Shown here piece after piece: positions 21,320 to 31,442 of a stretch of DNA of 64,000 bases. The position numbers were made by a program, and so were the translations under genes. How positions within the stretch are numbered: the stretch's first letter is position 1; each line of letters opens with the position of its first letter. Source of the DNA: Bacilli bacterium (GTDB lineage: Bacteria; Bacillota_I; Bacilli_A; RF39; UBA660); contig JBMNER010000006.1 in assembly GCA_050948885.1 (NCBI GenBank), forward strand, positions 1,334 through 65,333, written 5' to 3'. A model generated the notes under the pieces. That model saw only the letters and a program-made list of their open reading frames with translations. It had not been told where the DNA came from and did not search any database.

Positions 21320-22024
21320 GTGGAACAAGGGAAAACCGGCTTAGAAATTTTAAAGAAAACTCGCGAAAAATTAATTACAGTAATAACTAATTTATTTGAA
21401 AAAATGGAAAGTGACGAAGTGACTGTGCAAAGAGAAAATGATGTTATGTTAGAAGGTATGCGTGACTTAACTCTTCAACAACAAAAAATACAAGAATCCA
21501 AAAATGCTTTAAGTAAAACTTTTAATAAAACTTTTATTCCAACTTCTTTCTTTAGTGTAGCTATACTTATAGGGCTTCTTGCGGGTCGTTTGCCCCTTTC
21601 AATTCCTTCAATAATATTATTAGCAGCAACAAGTTGTGGCGTCGTAACACTTACGGCTTTAACATTTTTTATTGAACGCAATGCCAAGAAAATTGGTGAA
21701 CTAGAATCATTGAAAAGCGAAAAAGAAGCGGTTGTAACAAATAATTATAATAAATTACAATTGTTAAGAACTAATTTACAAAGTTTAGGGTTACATTTAC
21801 AGGAAGTAGATGAAAGAATAAGAAGGTGTGAAGAAGATAACCCTAAACTTATAGTTGGCGAATATGCTTTAATGCAAGCTGATTTAATTAATCCGGAAAT
21901 TGAAGGTTATTTAAAAGATCAAGAAGCTAAGCCTGTTGTTATTCCGGCTAATAGTATGACAAACAGTATGACGAAATTTAGAGGTTTTTCTATTAAGGGT
22001 ATAAAGGGCTCTCAAGAAGCGTAA
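21320..22024 (+). CDS. hypothetical protein: coiled coil - TM hairpin - coiled coil
   Basis: GGGAGAAGG lies 7 nt before GTG 21320. The track start at 21266 sits inside a promoter-like TTGACA-N18-TATAGT region. I recognise no family. Confidence 0.55.
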   Translation: MEQGKTGLEILKKTREKLITVITNLFEKMESDEVTVQRENDVMLEGMRDLTLQQQKIQESKNALSKTFNKTFIPTSFFSVAILIGLLAGRLPLSIPSIILLAATSCGVVTLTALTFFIERNAKKIGELESLKSEKEAVVTNNYNKLQLLRTNLQSLGLHLQEVDERIRRCEEDNPKLIVGEYALMQADLINPEIEGYLKDQEAKPVVIPANSMTNSMTKFRGFSIKGIKGSQEA

Positions 22025-22039
22025 ATAAATATTTATAAT

Positions 22040-22258
22040 ATTATTTAAAAACAATGATAGGGATAAGTAATTAATTTTTAATTTTCTAGAAAGTTGAGGA
22101 CGATGGAAACTCAATAAATTAATTTAATGAAAGCTACCCTAGAGTGCGATTAATCTTCGCCGGTTAAAACCGTTATTTAAATTAAGATACATATTTTATG
22201 TAATTAGGATGGTACCACGGTCTTTCGTTCCTAGTAATAGGCGAAAGACTTTTTTATA
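22040..22258 (+). promoter_or_regulatory. T-box leader, alanine-specific (candidate specifier GCT at 22133-22135)
   Basis: T-box core AATTAGGATGGTACCACGG at 22202-22220. Terminator GTCTTTCG...CGAAAGAC followed by TTTTTT at 22220-22256. Confidence 0.85.
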
Positions 22259-22275
22259 TTAGAAAGGATGATTTG

Positions 22276-24978
22276 ATGAAAAAATTAACTAGTCAGGAAA
22301 TAAGAAAAATGTTTTTAACCTTTTTTGAGGCTAAAGAACATCAGATATTAACCAGTGCTTCATTAATACCGGTTAATGATCCCTCTTTATTATGGATTAA
22401 TTCTGGGGTGGCTACTTTAAAACCATATTTTGCGGGTCAAAAAATGTCCCCTAGTAAAAGGATGGTTAGTTCGCAGAAGTGTATTCGCACCAACGATATT
22501 GATAATGTTGGTGAAACGGCTATTCATCATACTTTTTTTGAAATGTTAGGCAATTTTTCTATTGGCGATTATTTTAAAAAAGAAGCGATAGAATATGCTT
22601 ATGAATTTTTAACTAGTAACAAGTATTTAGGTTTAGATAAGGAAAAACTATATATTACCGTTTATCCTACTGATATTGAGACCTATAATCTATGGTTAGC
22701 GCTTGGTATTGATGAATCTCATCTGATTAAATTAGCCAATAATTATTGGGAAATAGGGGAAGGACCAAGTGGCCCTGATACGGAGATTTTTTATGACCGA
22801 GGAATCGAATATGATCCGGATCAAAGGGGTTTAGAATTGTTAACTAAAGAAATAGATAATGATCGATATGTGGAAATTTGGAATATTGTCTTTAGTCAGT
22901 TTGACGCTAAAGAGGGGTTAACAAGAGAGGAGTATCCAGAGTTACCAAATAAGAATATTGATACTGGTATGGGTTTAGAACGCATTTGTTGTATCATGCA
23001 AGATGGCAAAACTAATTATGATACTGATTTATTTTTGCCAATTATTAAGGAAATTGAAGTAATTAGTAAGAAAAAGTATTATGGAGATAAGCCTTTTAAG
23101 GTTATTGCCGATCATATACGCGCTTTAGTATTTGCTTTAGCGGATGGGGCTTCTTTTGCGAATGAGGGTCGTGGTTACGTCCTAAGAAGGTTATTAAGAA
23201 GAGCGGTTCGTTATGGTCGTAAGTTAGGTATAAAGGACCCCTTTTTAGCCCAATTAGTTAATGTTGTAGTATCTATTATGCAAGATTATTATCCTTATTT
23301 AGAAGCTAAAACTAATACGCTTTTTGATTTAATTTTAACAGAAGAAAAATTATTTTTTCTAACGCTTGATAGTGGTGAAAAAAGATTAAGGAACCTATTT
23401 AAACATAGTACGGATGGTAAAATAACAGGGGCGGAAGCTTTTAAGCTATATGATACCTATGGTTTTCCTTTTGAATTAACCCTTGAATATGCCCAAGAAG
23501 CGGGTTTTACAGTCGCTAAAGAAGAATTTGAAGAGTATATGGACCAACAAAGAAAGCGGGCTCGGGCGGCTTGTCATTTTAAGGTGGAGGGAAAAGATAA
23601 TAGTGAGTTATTAGAGTTTAAAGAAAAATCAACCTTTGTCGGTTATGATTATATGACAACCACGAGTAAAGTAATTGGTCTTTTAAAAGATGGTAAGTTA
23701 GTATCTTATCTTGATGCTGATGGGGTTGTTATTTTAGATAATACTCCTTTTTATGCGGAAGCAGGTGGTCAACTATCAGATACGGGTTATATTATTAGTG
23801 ATAACTCTAAAGCCCAAGTTGTAAATGTAACTAAAGCTCCACATTTACAACATTTACACGCGGTTAAATTAACAACGGGCATTATTAATGTTGGTGATAA
23901 GGTTAAAGCCGAGATTGATATAGAGAGAAGAAAAAGGATTGCGCGCAATCATAGTGCGGTGCATATACTACATAATGTCTTAAATAGTGTTTTAACTAAT
24001 GAGGTATCACATGCTGGGGCTAGTGTTGAAGATACTGGTTTCCGTTTTGATATTACTTATTTTGGGAAAATAAGTGATGATGATATTTTAAAAGTGGAAA
24101 ATATGTTTAATGAAAAAATAAAATTAAACCATCCCACCCAAACGGAGCTAATGCCATTAGCTGAAGCAAAAGCCAAAAAGGCGATGGCCTTATTTGATGA
24201 TAAATATGGGGATATGGTTAGGGTAGTAACTCTATTAGATTCAGTGGAATTATGTGGTGGTACGCATGTTAATAATGTTTTAGATATTGAACGTTTAGCC
24301 ATCGTTGGTTTTGAACCAAGAGGAACCAATGTTTATCGTATTTTAGGGGCCACTGGTGATAATATCAAATCGCAATTACAAAAAGCGATTCAGCCTTATC
24401 AATTAGAGATGAATAAATTATTAACTAAAGCGGAAGATATTTTGGCTAAGGCTAAAGACGAAGGAATAGATCTGGCTTTTGATTTTGAATTACCACCAAT
24501 TCCATTAACCTCTTATCAAGGGGTAATTAGTTATCGGAAGGAAATGGACAGACTACGTGATAAGTTAAAAACACTCGGTAAAGAATATCAAAAACAAACT
24601 CAACAAAAAATGTTAAGTAATGTTAACGCCTTGACAGAGCTAATTGAAAAGCTAAATAATAAAAAGGTGATTATTGCTAAAGTGGAAGGTTATGATACAA
24701 AAGGCTTAAAACAGTTGCTATCTGACTTATTAGATAAACATGAACTTGACTTTATTTTTCTAGCTAATATTAACAATAATAGTGTCAACTTTTTAGCTAA
24801 AAAGCGTAATAATGCCCATAATAACATTAATTGTGGTGCTATCGTAAAAGAGGCGTCAATTAAAGCGGGCGGTAGTGGTGGCGGTAATAACCTATTAGCC
24901 CAAGGTGGCGGCCGTTTGATTAGTGCGGTTGACGAGATAGTAAAAAATGTTAAATGGCTTGTAATGAAAAAAGATTAA
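22276..24978 (+). CDS. alaS: alanine--tRNA ligase
   Basis: 900 aa with class II core motifs, the editing-domain HSAVHIL and CGGTHV motifs, and a C-terminal DHHA1-like GGGG region. Confidence 0.97.
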   Translation: MKKLTSQEIRKMFLTFFEAKEHQILTSASLIPVNDPSLLWINSGVATLKPYFAGQKMSPSKRMVSSQKCIRTNDIDNVGETAIHHTFFEMLGNFSIGDYFKKEAIEYAYEFLTSNKYLGLDKEKLYITVYPTDIETYNLWLALGIDESHLIKLANNYWEIGEGPSGPDTEIFYDRGIEYDPDQRGLELLTKEIDNDRYVEIWNIVFSQFDAKEGLTREEYPELPNKNIDTGMGLERICCIMQDGKTNYDTDLFLPIIKEIEVISKKKYYGDKPFKVIADHIRALVFALADGASFANEGRGYVLRRLLRRAVRYGRKLGIKDPFLAQLVNVVVSIMQDYYPYLEAKTNTLFDLILTEEKLFFLTLDSGEKRLRNLFKHSTDGKITGAEAFKLYDTYGFPFELTLEYAQEAGFTVAKEEFEEYMDQQRKRARAACHFKVEGKDNSELLEFKEKSTFVGYDYMTTTSKVIGLLKDGKLVSYLDADGVVILDNTPFYAEAGGQLSDTGYIISDNSKAQVVNVTKAPHLQHLHAVKLTTGIINVGDKVKAEIDIERRKRIARNHSAVHILHNVLNSVLTNEVSHAGASVEDTGFRFDITYFGKISDDDILKVENMFNEKIKLNHPTQTELMPLAEAKAKKAMALFDDKYGDMVRVVTLLDSVELCGGTHVNNVLDIERLAIVGFEPRGTNVYRILGATGDNIKSQLQKAIQPYQLEMNKLLTKAEDILAKAKDEGIDLAFDFELPPIPLTSYQGVISYRKEMDRLRDKLKTLGKEYQKQTQQKMLSNVNALTELIEKLNNKKVIIAKVEGYDTKGLKQLLSDLLDKHELDFIFLANINNNSVNFLAKKRNNAHNNINCGAIVKEASIKAGGSGGGNNLLAQGGGRLISAVDEIVKNVKWLVMKKD

Positions 24979-25012
24979 TGTTAGAATGTTAATATAAGTC
25001 AGGAGTGATTTG

Positions 25013-25273
25013 ATGAAATCAAATACTACTTATTTATTTGATGTTAACGAGTTTAACGATGCGGTGGTTTTAGAAACATTAAAAGAGGTTTTTTATGCTC
25101 TGGAGGAACGCGGTTATAACCCGATTAATCAATTAGTTGGTTATTTAATGAGTGGTGATCCCGGTTATATTTCTAGTCATAAGGAAGCCCGTAATAAAAT
25201 TGTTAAATTAGATCGCACCGAGATTTTAGAAGTAATAGTAAAGAGTTATTTGAAAGGTAATGTTGAACATTAA
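25013..25273 (+). CDS. ireB: IreB family regulatory phosphoprotein (UPF0297, YrzL)
   Basis: AGGAG lies 7 nt before the ATG. Has the [27 protein letters not shown] motif and the alaS-yrzL-yrrK order. Confidence 0.85.
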   Translation: MKSNTTYLFDVNEFNDAVVLETLKEVFYALEERGYNPINQLVGYLMSGDPGYISSHKEARNKIVKLDRTEILEVIVKSYLKGNVEH

Positions 25274-25274
25274 A

Positions 25275-25697
25275 ATGCGTTATTTAGGGTTAGATTTAGG
25301 TAGTAAGACTTTAGGAGTGGCGCTTAGTGATGTTAACAATATTATTGCTTCACCTTTAAAAACCATTTATTTTAAAGAGGGAGATTACACCTTTTTAATT
25401 AATGAATTAGAAAAGTTAGTTAGGTTATATAAGGTAGAAAAAATAATCTTAGGGTTCCCAAAGAATATGGATAATACTATTGGCCCAAGAGGAGAACAAA
25501 CGTTACTTTTTAAAGAAGAAATAGAAAATAAATTAGGCCTTGAGGTAGTACTAGAAGATGAAAGGTTAACAACAAAGGTGGTTGATGACGTCTTAATCAA
25601 GGCTGATTTATCAAGGCGTAAAAGAAAAAAAGTAGTTGATAAATTAGCCGCTAATGTGATTTTACAAAGCTATTTAAATCGAAAGGAAGGATGTTAA
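25275..25697 (+). CDS. ruvX: Holliday junction resolvase-like RNase RuvX (YrrK/YqgF)
   Basis: MRYLGLDLGSKTLGVALSD N-terminus and ...DERLTT.... Confidence 0.9.
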   Translation: MRYLGLDLGSKTLGVALSDVNNIIASPLKTIYFKEGDYTFLINELEKLVRLYKVEKIILGFPKNMDNTIGPRGEQTLLFKEEIENKLGLEVVLEDERLTTKVVDDVLIKADLSRRKRKKVVDKLAANVILQSYLNRKEGC

Positions 25698-25699
25698 AG

Positions 25700-25984
25700 A
25701 TGGAAGCTAAAAAGACAACTTTTACCGTAGTAGATGATGAAGGAAAGGAAATTGTTTGTGATGTGTTGTTTACATTTGATTCTGATGAAACAAACAAAAG
25801 TTATATTGTCTATACTGATAATACTAAAGATGAGGCGGGTAATACAAAGGTATATGCATCAATATATGATCCTAAGGTATCTAATCCTAAATTAGAAGAA
25901 ATTACTACAGATAAAGAATGGAAAATAATTGAAAACATATTATCCACTTTACAAGAGGAAGTTAAGAACCAAAGCGAGCAATAA
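25700..25984 (+). CDS. DUF1292 family protein (YrzB)
   Basis: Pattern F.VVDDEGKE..C.VLF.F.....NKSYIVYTD. Conserved position after ruvX. Confidence 0.85.
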   Translation: MEAKKTTFTVVDDEGKEIVCDVLFTFDSDETNKSYIVYTDNTKDEAGNTKVYASIYDPKVSNPKLEEITTDKEWKIIENILSTLQEEVKNQSEQ

Positions 25985-26010
25985 TTCGTAGTAATAAAAG
26001 GAGTTTCAAC

Positions 26011-27075
26011 ATGAAGTTATTTAATGGTATTGCTCAAACAACGGTGATTATTTTAATAGTTATTATTTTGTTATTAGGAACTATTTATAATTTTTTATTA
26101 TCACCAGTAAGTCGTAATGATGAATTGGTTATTGTTGAGATTGCCGAGGGCTTGTCTTCAATTCAGATTGCGGAGCAATTAAAAAAACAGAATCTAATTA
26201 AAGATGTTTTTATTTTTCTGTCTTATTTAAAGCTAAATAATATAAAAAATCTGCAAGCTGGGGAATATTATCTCAGTGAAAGTATGGGGGTTAAAAAAAT
26301 AACCCAGAAGCTGAGCCGTGGTGAGGTAATTGATTACAGTATTAGTATCACTTTTCCTGAGGGTATTAATATGCGCCATATCGCGGCTATTATTGAAAAA
26401 GAAACCAATAATACGAAGGAAGATGTTTTTAACCTGTTAAAGGATGAGCGTTATATTGCGTCTTTAATTGACCAATATTGGTTTTTAACTGATGAAATTA
26501 AAAATAAAGATATCTATTATCCCTTAGAGGGCTATCTTTTCCCTAATACTTATAAATTTAAGGATAAAGATGTAACAGTATCAGAAATATTTACAATAAT
26601 GTTACAACAAATGGGTAAGGTATTATTAAGAGCCAAAGCCTCTATTAATAAAACGGATTATACAATACATAAATTTCTAACCTTAGCTAGTATTGTACAA
26701 AGCGAAGGTTTAAATAATCGTGATATGGGCGATATTGCCGGCGTATTTTATAATCGTTTAGCTAGAAAGAGGCCCCTTGAAAGTTGTGTGACTGCTTGTT
26801 ATGCAATGCGAAATGATACTTGTACAGCCAGCACTATTAATACTAAAATTATTAGTTTATATAATACATATTTAACTAATATGGGGGGTAAATTACCAGT
26901 TGGTCCGATTAGTAATCCAGGTGATGTCGCTATTCAAGCGGTTATTCATCCTAAAGAACATCAATATTTATATTTTTTATCTGATAAATATGGTCATACT
27001 TACTTTTTTAAGACCTATCAAGAACATCAAAAGAAACAAAGAGAACTAGAAGCAAAAGGAGATTGGTTAAAATGA
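26011..27075 (+). CDS. mltG: endolytic murein transglycosylase MltG (YceG-like)
   Basis: N-terminal TM helix and YceG motifs (LQAGEY.L, EGYLFPNTY, LASIVQSE, YNRL, YNTY). Confidence 0.9.
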   Translation: MKLFNGIAQTTVIILIVIILLLGTIYNFLLSPVSRNDELVIVEIAEGLSSIQIAEQLKKQNLIKDVFIFLSYLKLNNIKNLQAGEYYLSESMGVKKITQKLSRGEVIDYSISITFPEGINMRHIAAIIEKETNNTKEDVFNLLKDERYIASLIDQYWFLTDEIKNKDIYYPLEGYLFPNTYKFKDKDVTVSEIFTIMLQQMGKVLLRAKASINKTDYTIHKFLTLASIVQSEGLNNRDMGDIAGVFYNRLARKRPLESCVTACYAMRNDTCTASTINTKIISLYNTYLTNMGGKLPVGPISNPGDVAIQAVIHPKEHQYLYFLSDKYGHTYFFKTYQEHQKKQRELEAKGDWLK

Positions 27076-27671
27076 CAAGCGCTTTACATAAACGCTATTT
27101 AAAAGAAATGGAAGACTATGCTGAGTACTACCGGGTGCCGATTATTCAGAAGGATAGTATTGACTATCTTAAAAAGTTTTTGAAAAGGCATGAGATAAAA
27201 TCAGTATTAGAAATAGGAACGGGAATTGGTTATACGACTATTAATATGGCTTTAGATAGTGGGAAAATGGCTATTACTAGTATTGAAAATGATGAAAAGC
27301 TTTATTTGGAAGCGATTAAAAATATTAAAAAGTTTTTCTTTGAGGATAAGATAACCCTGATATTTAATGATCCACTTAATGTCCGATTTGATAAAACTTT
27401 TGATGTTATTTTTATTGATGCGGCTAAAGGTCAATATATGAATTATTTTAATCACTTTCAGCAGTATTTAAAAGATGATGGGGTAATTATTAGTGACAAT
27501 ATTGATTTTCGCCTTTTAAAGAAAAAGAAAAATAAACAGCCAGATGAAATAGAAACTAAAATAAAAGATTATGTGTCTTTTTTAGAAGAACAACCAAAAT
27601 ATATTAGCCAGTTTGTTGAAGTTGGTGATGGGTTAGTAATAACTAAAAAACAACTTGATAATGATAATTAA
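27072..27671 (+). CDS. class I SAM-dependent O-methyltransferase (YrrM/TrmR-like)
   Basis: SAM motif LEIGTGIGYTT and FIDAAKGQY. Position after mltG, as for B. subtilis yrrL-yrrM. Confidence 0.85.
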   Translation: MTSALHKRYLKEMEDYAEYYRVPIIQKDSIDYLKKFLKRHEIKSVLEIGTGIGYTTINMALDSGKMAITSIENDEKLYLEAIKNIKKFFFEDKITLIFNDPLNVRFDKTFDVIFIDAAKGQYMNYFNHFQQYLKDDGVIISDNIDFRLLKKKKNKQPDEIETKIKDYVSFLEEQPKYISQFVEVGDGLVITKKQLDNDN

Positions 27672-27691
27672 TTTAATTATGGTATTATAAA

Positions 27692-27738
27692 AAGATAAAA
27701 ATTCAATCCTACTTAGAGATTGAATTTTATCTTTTTTA
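27692..27738. terminator. bidirectional intrinsic terminator between the methyltransferase gene (+) and the TetR gene (-)
   Basis: About 15-bp stem AGATAAAAATTCAATC / GATTGAATTTTATCT, flanked by A-rich and T-rich runs. Confidence 0.75.
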
Positions 27739-28302
27739 AGAATTCGTTTTCACCCCATGAATAACCATCTCTTCTAATAACTTAGCTAAATCATTAGGTG
27801 GTTCCTTTCGCCCTTCGTGTAGCCATCTATTAATTATCCCTAAGCAACCAAAAATTGCGTATTCTAAGAAATAATCATAATTTTGACTGTTAAGGCGATG
27901 GTATAATTTACCCCAATTCTGACTAGCAATCGTTTTAACTAAATTTACTATTTTTTTAAGGAATAAATCGCCTTCTTTACCTTTGAAAAGCACCATCACG
28001 GTATTGGCTTTCTCATCAATAAATTGTAATATTTCTTTAAATAAAGGTAGGGCATCGTGGTTAATTTGATCTGGTGAATATTTAGCTAACCTTTGTTTTA
28101 GTTCCGCAATTAATTGATTTTCAATTTGGTTGATTAAATCATATATGTCAAGGTAATGATGATAAAAAGTACCCCGATTAACATCACTTATTTCACATAA
28201 CTTTTTAACCGTTATTTGGTTTATTCTTTGGGTCTTGAGAAGCTTTATCATAGTATTTTCAATTACTTTTTTACTACGTCTAACCCGGCGATCGGTAGTC
28301 AT
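27736..28302 (-). CDS. TetR/AcrR family transcriptional regulator
   Basis: GGAGG RBS before ATG at 28302. HTH region ITVKKLCEISDVNRGTFYHHY. Divergent from the MMPL transporter gene. Confidence 0.9.
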   Translation of the reverse strand: MTTDRRVRRSKKVIENTMIKLLKTQRINQITVKKLCEISDVNRGTFYHHYLDIYDLINQIENQLIAELKQRLAKYSPDQINHDALPLFKEILQFIDEKANTVMVLFKGKEGDLFLKKIVNLVKTIASQNWGKLYHRLNSQNYDYFLEYAIFGCLGIINRWLHEGRKEPPNDLAKLLEEMVIHGVKTNS

Positions 28303-28415
28303 TTTAACCTCCTTACTAAACAAAAGGCAAATATATGTTCATTATCAAACATTTAAGTTATATTTGCATATTGAATTAATACTATATTTTATTATAATAA
28401 ATATTAGTTAGTAAA

Positions 28416-28430
28416 TCAACAACGTGTTGA
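28416..28430. promoter_or_regulatory. candidate TetR operator (inverted repeat TCAACA-ACG-TGTTGA)
   Basis: This is the only clean palindrome in the divergent tetR/MMPL intergenic region. It lies just upstream of the MMPL RBS. Confidence 0.3.
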
Positions 28431-28446
28431 AAAAGAAAGGAGATTA

Positions 28447-30498
28447 ATGATGCGTAAGTTATCGGAAATTATTTTGAAATACAAGGTAGTGGTCGTTAGT
28501 TTATTTTTAGTTACGACTATTATTAGTTTATTTTTAGTAAAAGAGGTAAAGATTAATTATAATTTGGCTGATTATTTACCAAAGGAGGCCGAATCATCAA
28601 TCGCGATGAAAGAAATAACCAAACATTATTCCGCCACTATTCCTAATGTAAAATTAATGATTCCTGATGTTACTATTAAAGATGCTCTTGCTTATAAGGA
28701 AAAAATAAAAGCCGTTGATGGGGTCAAAAAGGTTATTTGGGCTGATGATTATTTTGATTTATCTAATATATCACTAGATAAATCAGTATTTAAGGATTGG
28801 TATCAAGAAGATAACGCTTTGTTTTTGATTAGTATTGATTCTGATTCTTCTTTTAATACTATTAATCAAATTAAACAAGTTGTACCTAAGGAGGCTTTAA
28901 TGGCGGGTGACGCCGTTAATATCGCGATGTCTCAAGAAAATATTAAAGTAGAGATTAAAAATATTATGTTATGGGTTATCCCCATTAATTTATTAATTTT
29001 ATTATTAGTAACTAGTTCATGGTTTGAACCATTATTATTTATGATAACGATTGGGATAGCCATTATCATAAATATGGGTACCAATATTATCTTTGGGGAG
29101 ATATCATCAATTACACAATCAGCAGTCGCTATTTTACAATTAGCGGTATCAATGGATTATGCCATTTTTTTACTGCACCGTTTTGCGACTCTAAGGCATA
29201 GTGGTAAAAGTGTTGAGGCGGCTATGCAACGTTCAATGCAAGATTCGACGCCTATTATTATTGCCAGTGCGGTAACTACTATTTTAGGCTTTCTAGCGCT
29301 TGTTATTATGCAATTTCGCATTGGCCCCGATTTAGGGATTGTTTTAGCGAAGGGCATTATCTTTAGTTTAATATCAGTTTTATGCTTATTACCAGTTTTA
29401 ACTGTCTATACATATAAGATAATTGATAAAACACATCATCGATCTTTAATCCCCTCTTTTAAAAAATGGGGCGTGGGCATTGTTAAAAGTCGTTATGTTA
29501 TTTTAATTATGGTTTTATTATTGGTAGTACCTAGTTTTATAGCTAGTCGCCATAATAACTTCTTGTATGGTAGTACTGGTATTAATAGTGAAGATTCCGA
29601 GGTTTATCAGGATACTATGATAATTAATAAACAATTTGGGTTAAATAATCAAATGGTTTTATTGATACCACTTGGCGATAGAAATAAAGAATTAGCGTTT
29701 ATAGAAGAACTAAAAAAACTAAACCAGATTGTTGATATTAATTCGTTTATAACTACTTTTGGTTTAGATACCCCAGTTGAATATTTACCACCAGCTATGG
29801 TTCGGGAATTTCTAAGTGATAAATATTCCCGCCTTATTATTAAAACGACAGCAGCTGAGGAGGGGAAGGAAACTTTCGCCTTAGTTGAGAATATAAAAAA
29901 GATTAGTGATAAGTATTATGATGATACCTATCATTTAGCAGGTATTAGTGTTACTAATTATGATATGAAACAAATTATCACCAGTGATAATCTACTAGTT
30001 AATATAGTGGCGATTATTTCTATTATAATCGTGTTAATAATAACTTTTAAATCTTTTTTCATTCCTTTAGTTTTGATTTTAGCGATTGAAACGGCCATTT
30101 GGATTAATTTATCAATTGCTTACCTAATGGGTAGTACCTTAAATTATATTGGTTTTATTATTGTTAGTGCGGTACAACTTGGAGCGACGGTTGATTATGC
30201 GATTCTTTTAGCTAAAAAATATTTAATTAATAGAGAAAAGATGGCCGCTAAGCAGGCCGCTATCGCTACTATTATAGACGTGGCACCTTCCATTTTAGCC
30301 TCAGCTACCATTTTAGGTATTGCCGGTTTTGGTTTAGGTTTAATTTCGACCAATGGGGTAATCAGTCAATTAGGGGTATTAGTTGGTCGTGGGGCTTTAA
30401 TATCAGCTATTATGGTGTTATTATTCGTCCCAGCAATGTTTATGGTTGGCGATAAGATTATTATGAACAAAGTGCTTAAAACCGCTAAAAATAGATGA
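28447..30498 (+). CDS. MMPL/RND-superfamily membrane transporter
   Basis: 683 aa with two blocks of about 6 TM helices, each preceded by a soluble loop. Has MMPL-type repeats (...SAVAILQLAVSMDYAIFLL.R...). Confidence 0.85.
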   Translation: MMRKLSEIILKYKVVVVSLFLVTTIISLFLVKEVKINYNLADYLPKEAESSIAMKEITKHYSATIPNVKLMIPDVTIKDALAYKEKIKAVDGVKKVIWADDYFDLSNISLDKSVFKDWYQEDNALFLISIDSDSSFNTINQIKQVVPKEALMAGDAVNIAMSQENIKVEIKNIMLWVIPINLLILLLVTSSWFEPLLFMITIGIAIIINMGTNIIFGEISSITQSAVAILQLAVSMDYAIFLLHRFATLRHSGKSVEAAMQRSMQDSTPIIIASAVTTILGFLALVIMQFRIGPDLGIVLAKGIIFSLISVLCLLPVLTVYTYKIIDKTHHRSLIPSFKKWGVGIVKSRYVILIMVLLLVVPSFIASRHNNFLYGSTGINSEDSEVYQDTMIINKQFGLNNQMVLLIPLGDRNKELAFIEELKKLNQIVDINSFITTFGLDTPVEYLPPAMVREFLSDKYSRLIIKTTAAEEGKETFALVENIKKISDKYYDDTYHLAGISVTNYDMKQIITSDNLLVNIVAIISIIIVLIITFKSFFIPLVLILAIETAIWINLSIAYLMGSTLNYIGFIIVSAVQLGATVDYAILLAKKYLINREKMAAKQAAIATIIDVAPSILASATILGIAGFGLGLISTNGVISQLGVLVGRGALISAIMVLLFVPAMFMVGDKIIMNKVLKTAKNR

Positions 30499-30865
30499 AT
30501 CTATTATGATAATTTAAAAGAGAATTAATTTTAGTTCTAAATAACGGTTTGGATAATACAATAATAAAAATATTTTATATTCTATTATAAAAATTAATAG
30601 TTAATAAATGATAAAGATATCTACACTATTTTTAAAATGATGAATATAATGATTTTTACAATATACTAATTATTGGCTAGTACTATAAGCCCATAATTTC
30701 TTTGTTTTATAAGAAAAAAGATTATTAATTAGTCTTAATAAGTTATTGTTTACTAGTAATTACCAACTTAAAAAGTTAATAAAAAGGATAGATAAATAGT
30801 AATTGACAATAATAAAAATTAATGATAACATGGTCATTAGTAATTTTGATGAGAGGTGGATTTTA

Positions 30866-31339
30866 ATGATTAAAAAAGCCCCAGTTTATTTAACTGAGGA
30901 AGGTTATAATAAAGCAAAGAAAGAACTGGATGAGCTAATTAATATTAAACGTCCAGAGATAATAAATAATATTAAAGAAACCCGCGCTTTAGGTGGTGAT
31001 TTACGAGAAAATGCTGATTATCATGCGGCTCGTGATGAACAAGCTAAGTTAGAGGAACAAATTAAAAAATTAGAAAATATTATTGATAATGCCGTTATTA
31101 TTAAAGCTGGTAATCCAAGTGAAGTTGGGTTAGGACATTCGGTGACCATTAAATATTTAAATGAACAAGAATTAGAAGAATATAAGATTGTTGGTAGTCA
31201 GGAAGCAGATCCAATTAATAATAGGATTTCTAATGAATCACCAATTGCCAAAGCTATTATGGGTTATAAAGCTGGTGATGTGGTGACAGTTGATAGTCCT
31301 AATGGTAAGTATAATATTGAGATAATAGAGATTGTTTAA
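30866..31339 (+). CDS. greA: transcription elongation factor GreA
   Basis: GAGAGGTGG RBS. YLTEEGY.K...EL..L and REN.DYHAARDEQ motifs. The track start at 30803 coincides with a TTGACA promoter hexamer. Confidence 0.95.
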   Translation: MIKKAPVYLTEEGYNKAKKELDELINIKRPEIINNIKETRALGGDLRENADYHAARDEQAKLEEQIKKLENIIDNAVIIKAGNPSEVGLGHSVTIKYLNEQELEEYKIVGSQEADPINNRISNESPIAKAIMGYKAGDVVTVDSPNGKYNIEIIEIV

Positions 31340-31364
31340 CCACTTCCTCATAAGTGGTTTTTTC
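31338..31364 (+). terminator. intrinsic terminator after greA
   Basis: AACCACTT-CCTCAT-AAGTGGTT followed by TTTTT. Confidence 0.85.
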
Positions 31365-31442
31365 ATTTGTCATGGTTATTCTTGAATATATAATCATGAT
31401 AATATATAATGTTAAGTAGTGGTAAAAAGAAAGGAGTACCTA

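Noticed and set aside
30499-30865. Search for a tRNA, small RNA or riboswitch in the long AT-rich spacer. The other gaps 16793-17001, 19677-19850 and 33357-33401 were searched as well.
   Set aside because: There are no cloverleaf-compatible GC-rich stems, no T-loop GTTCGAATC-type motif and no conserved riboswitch cores. Only the low-interest note in the findings is kept.
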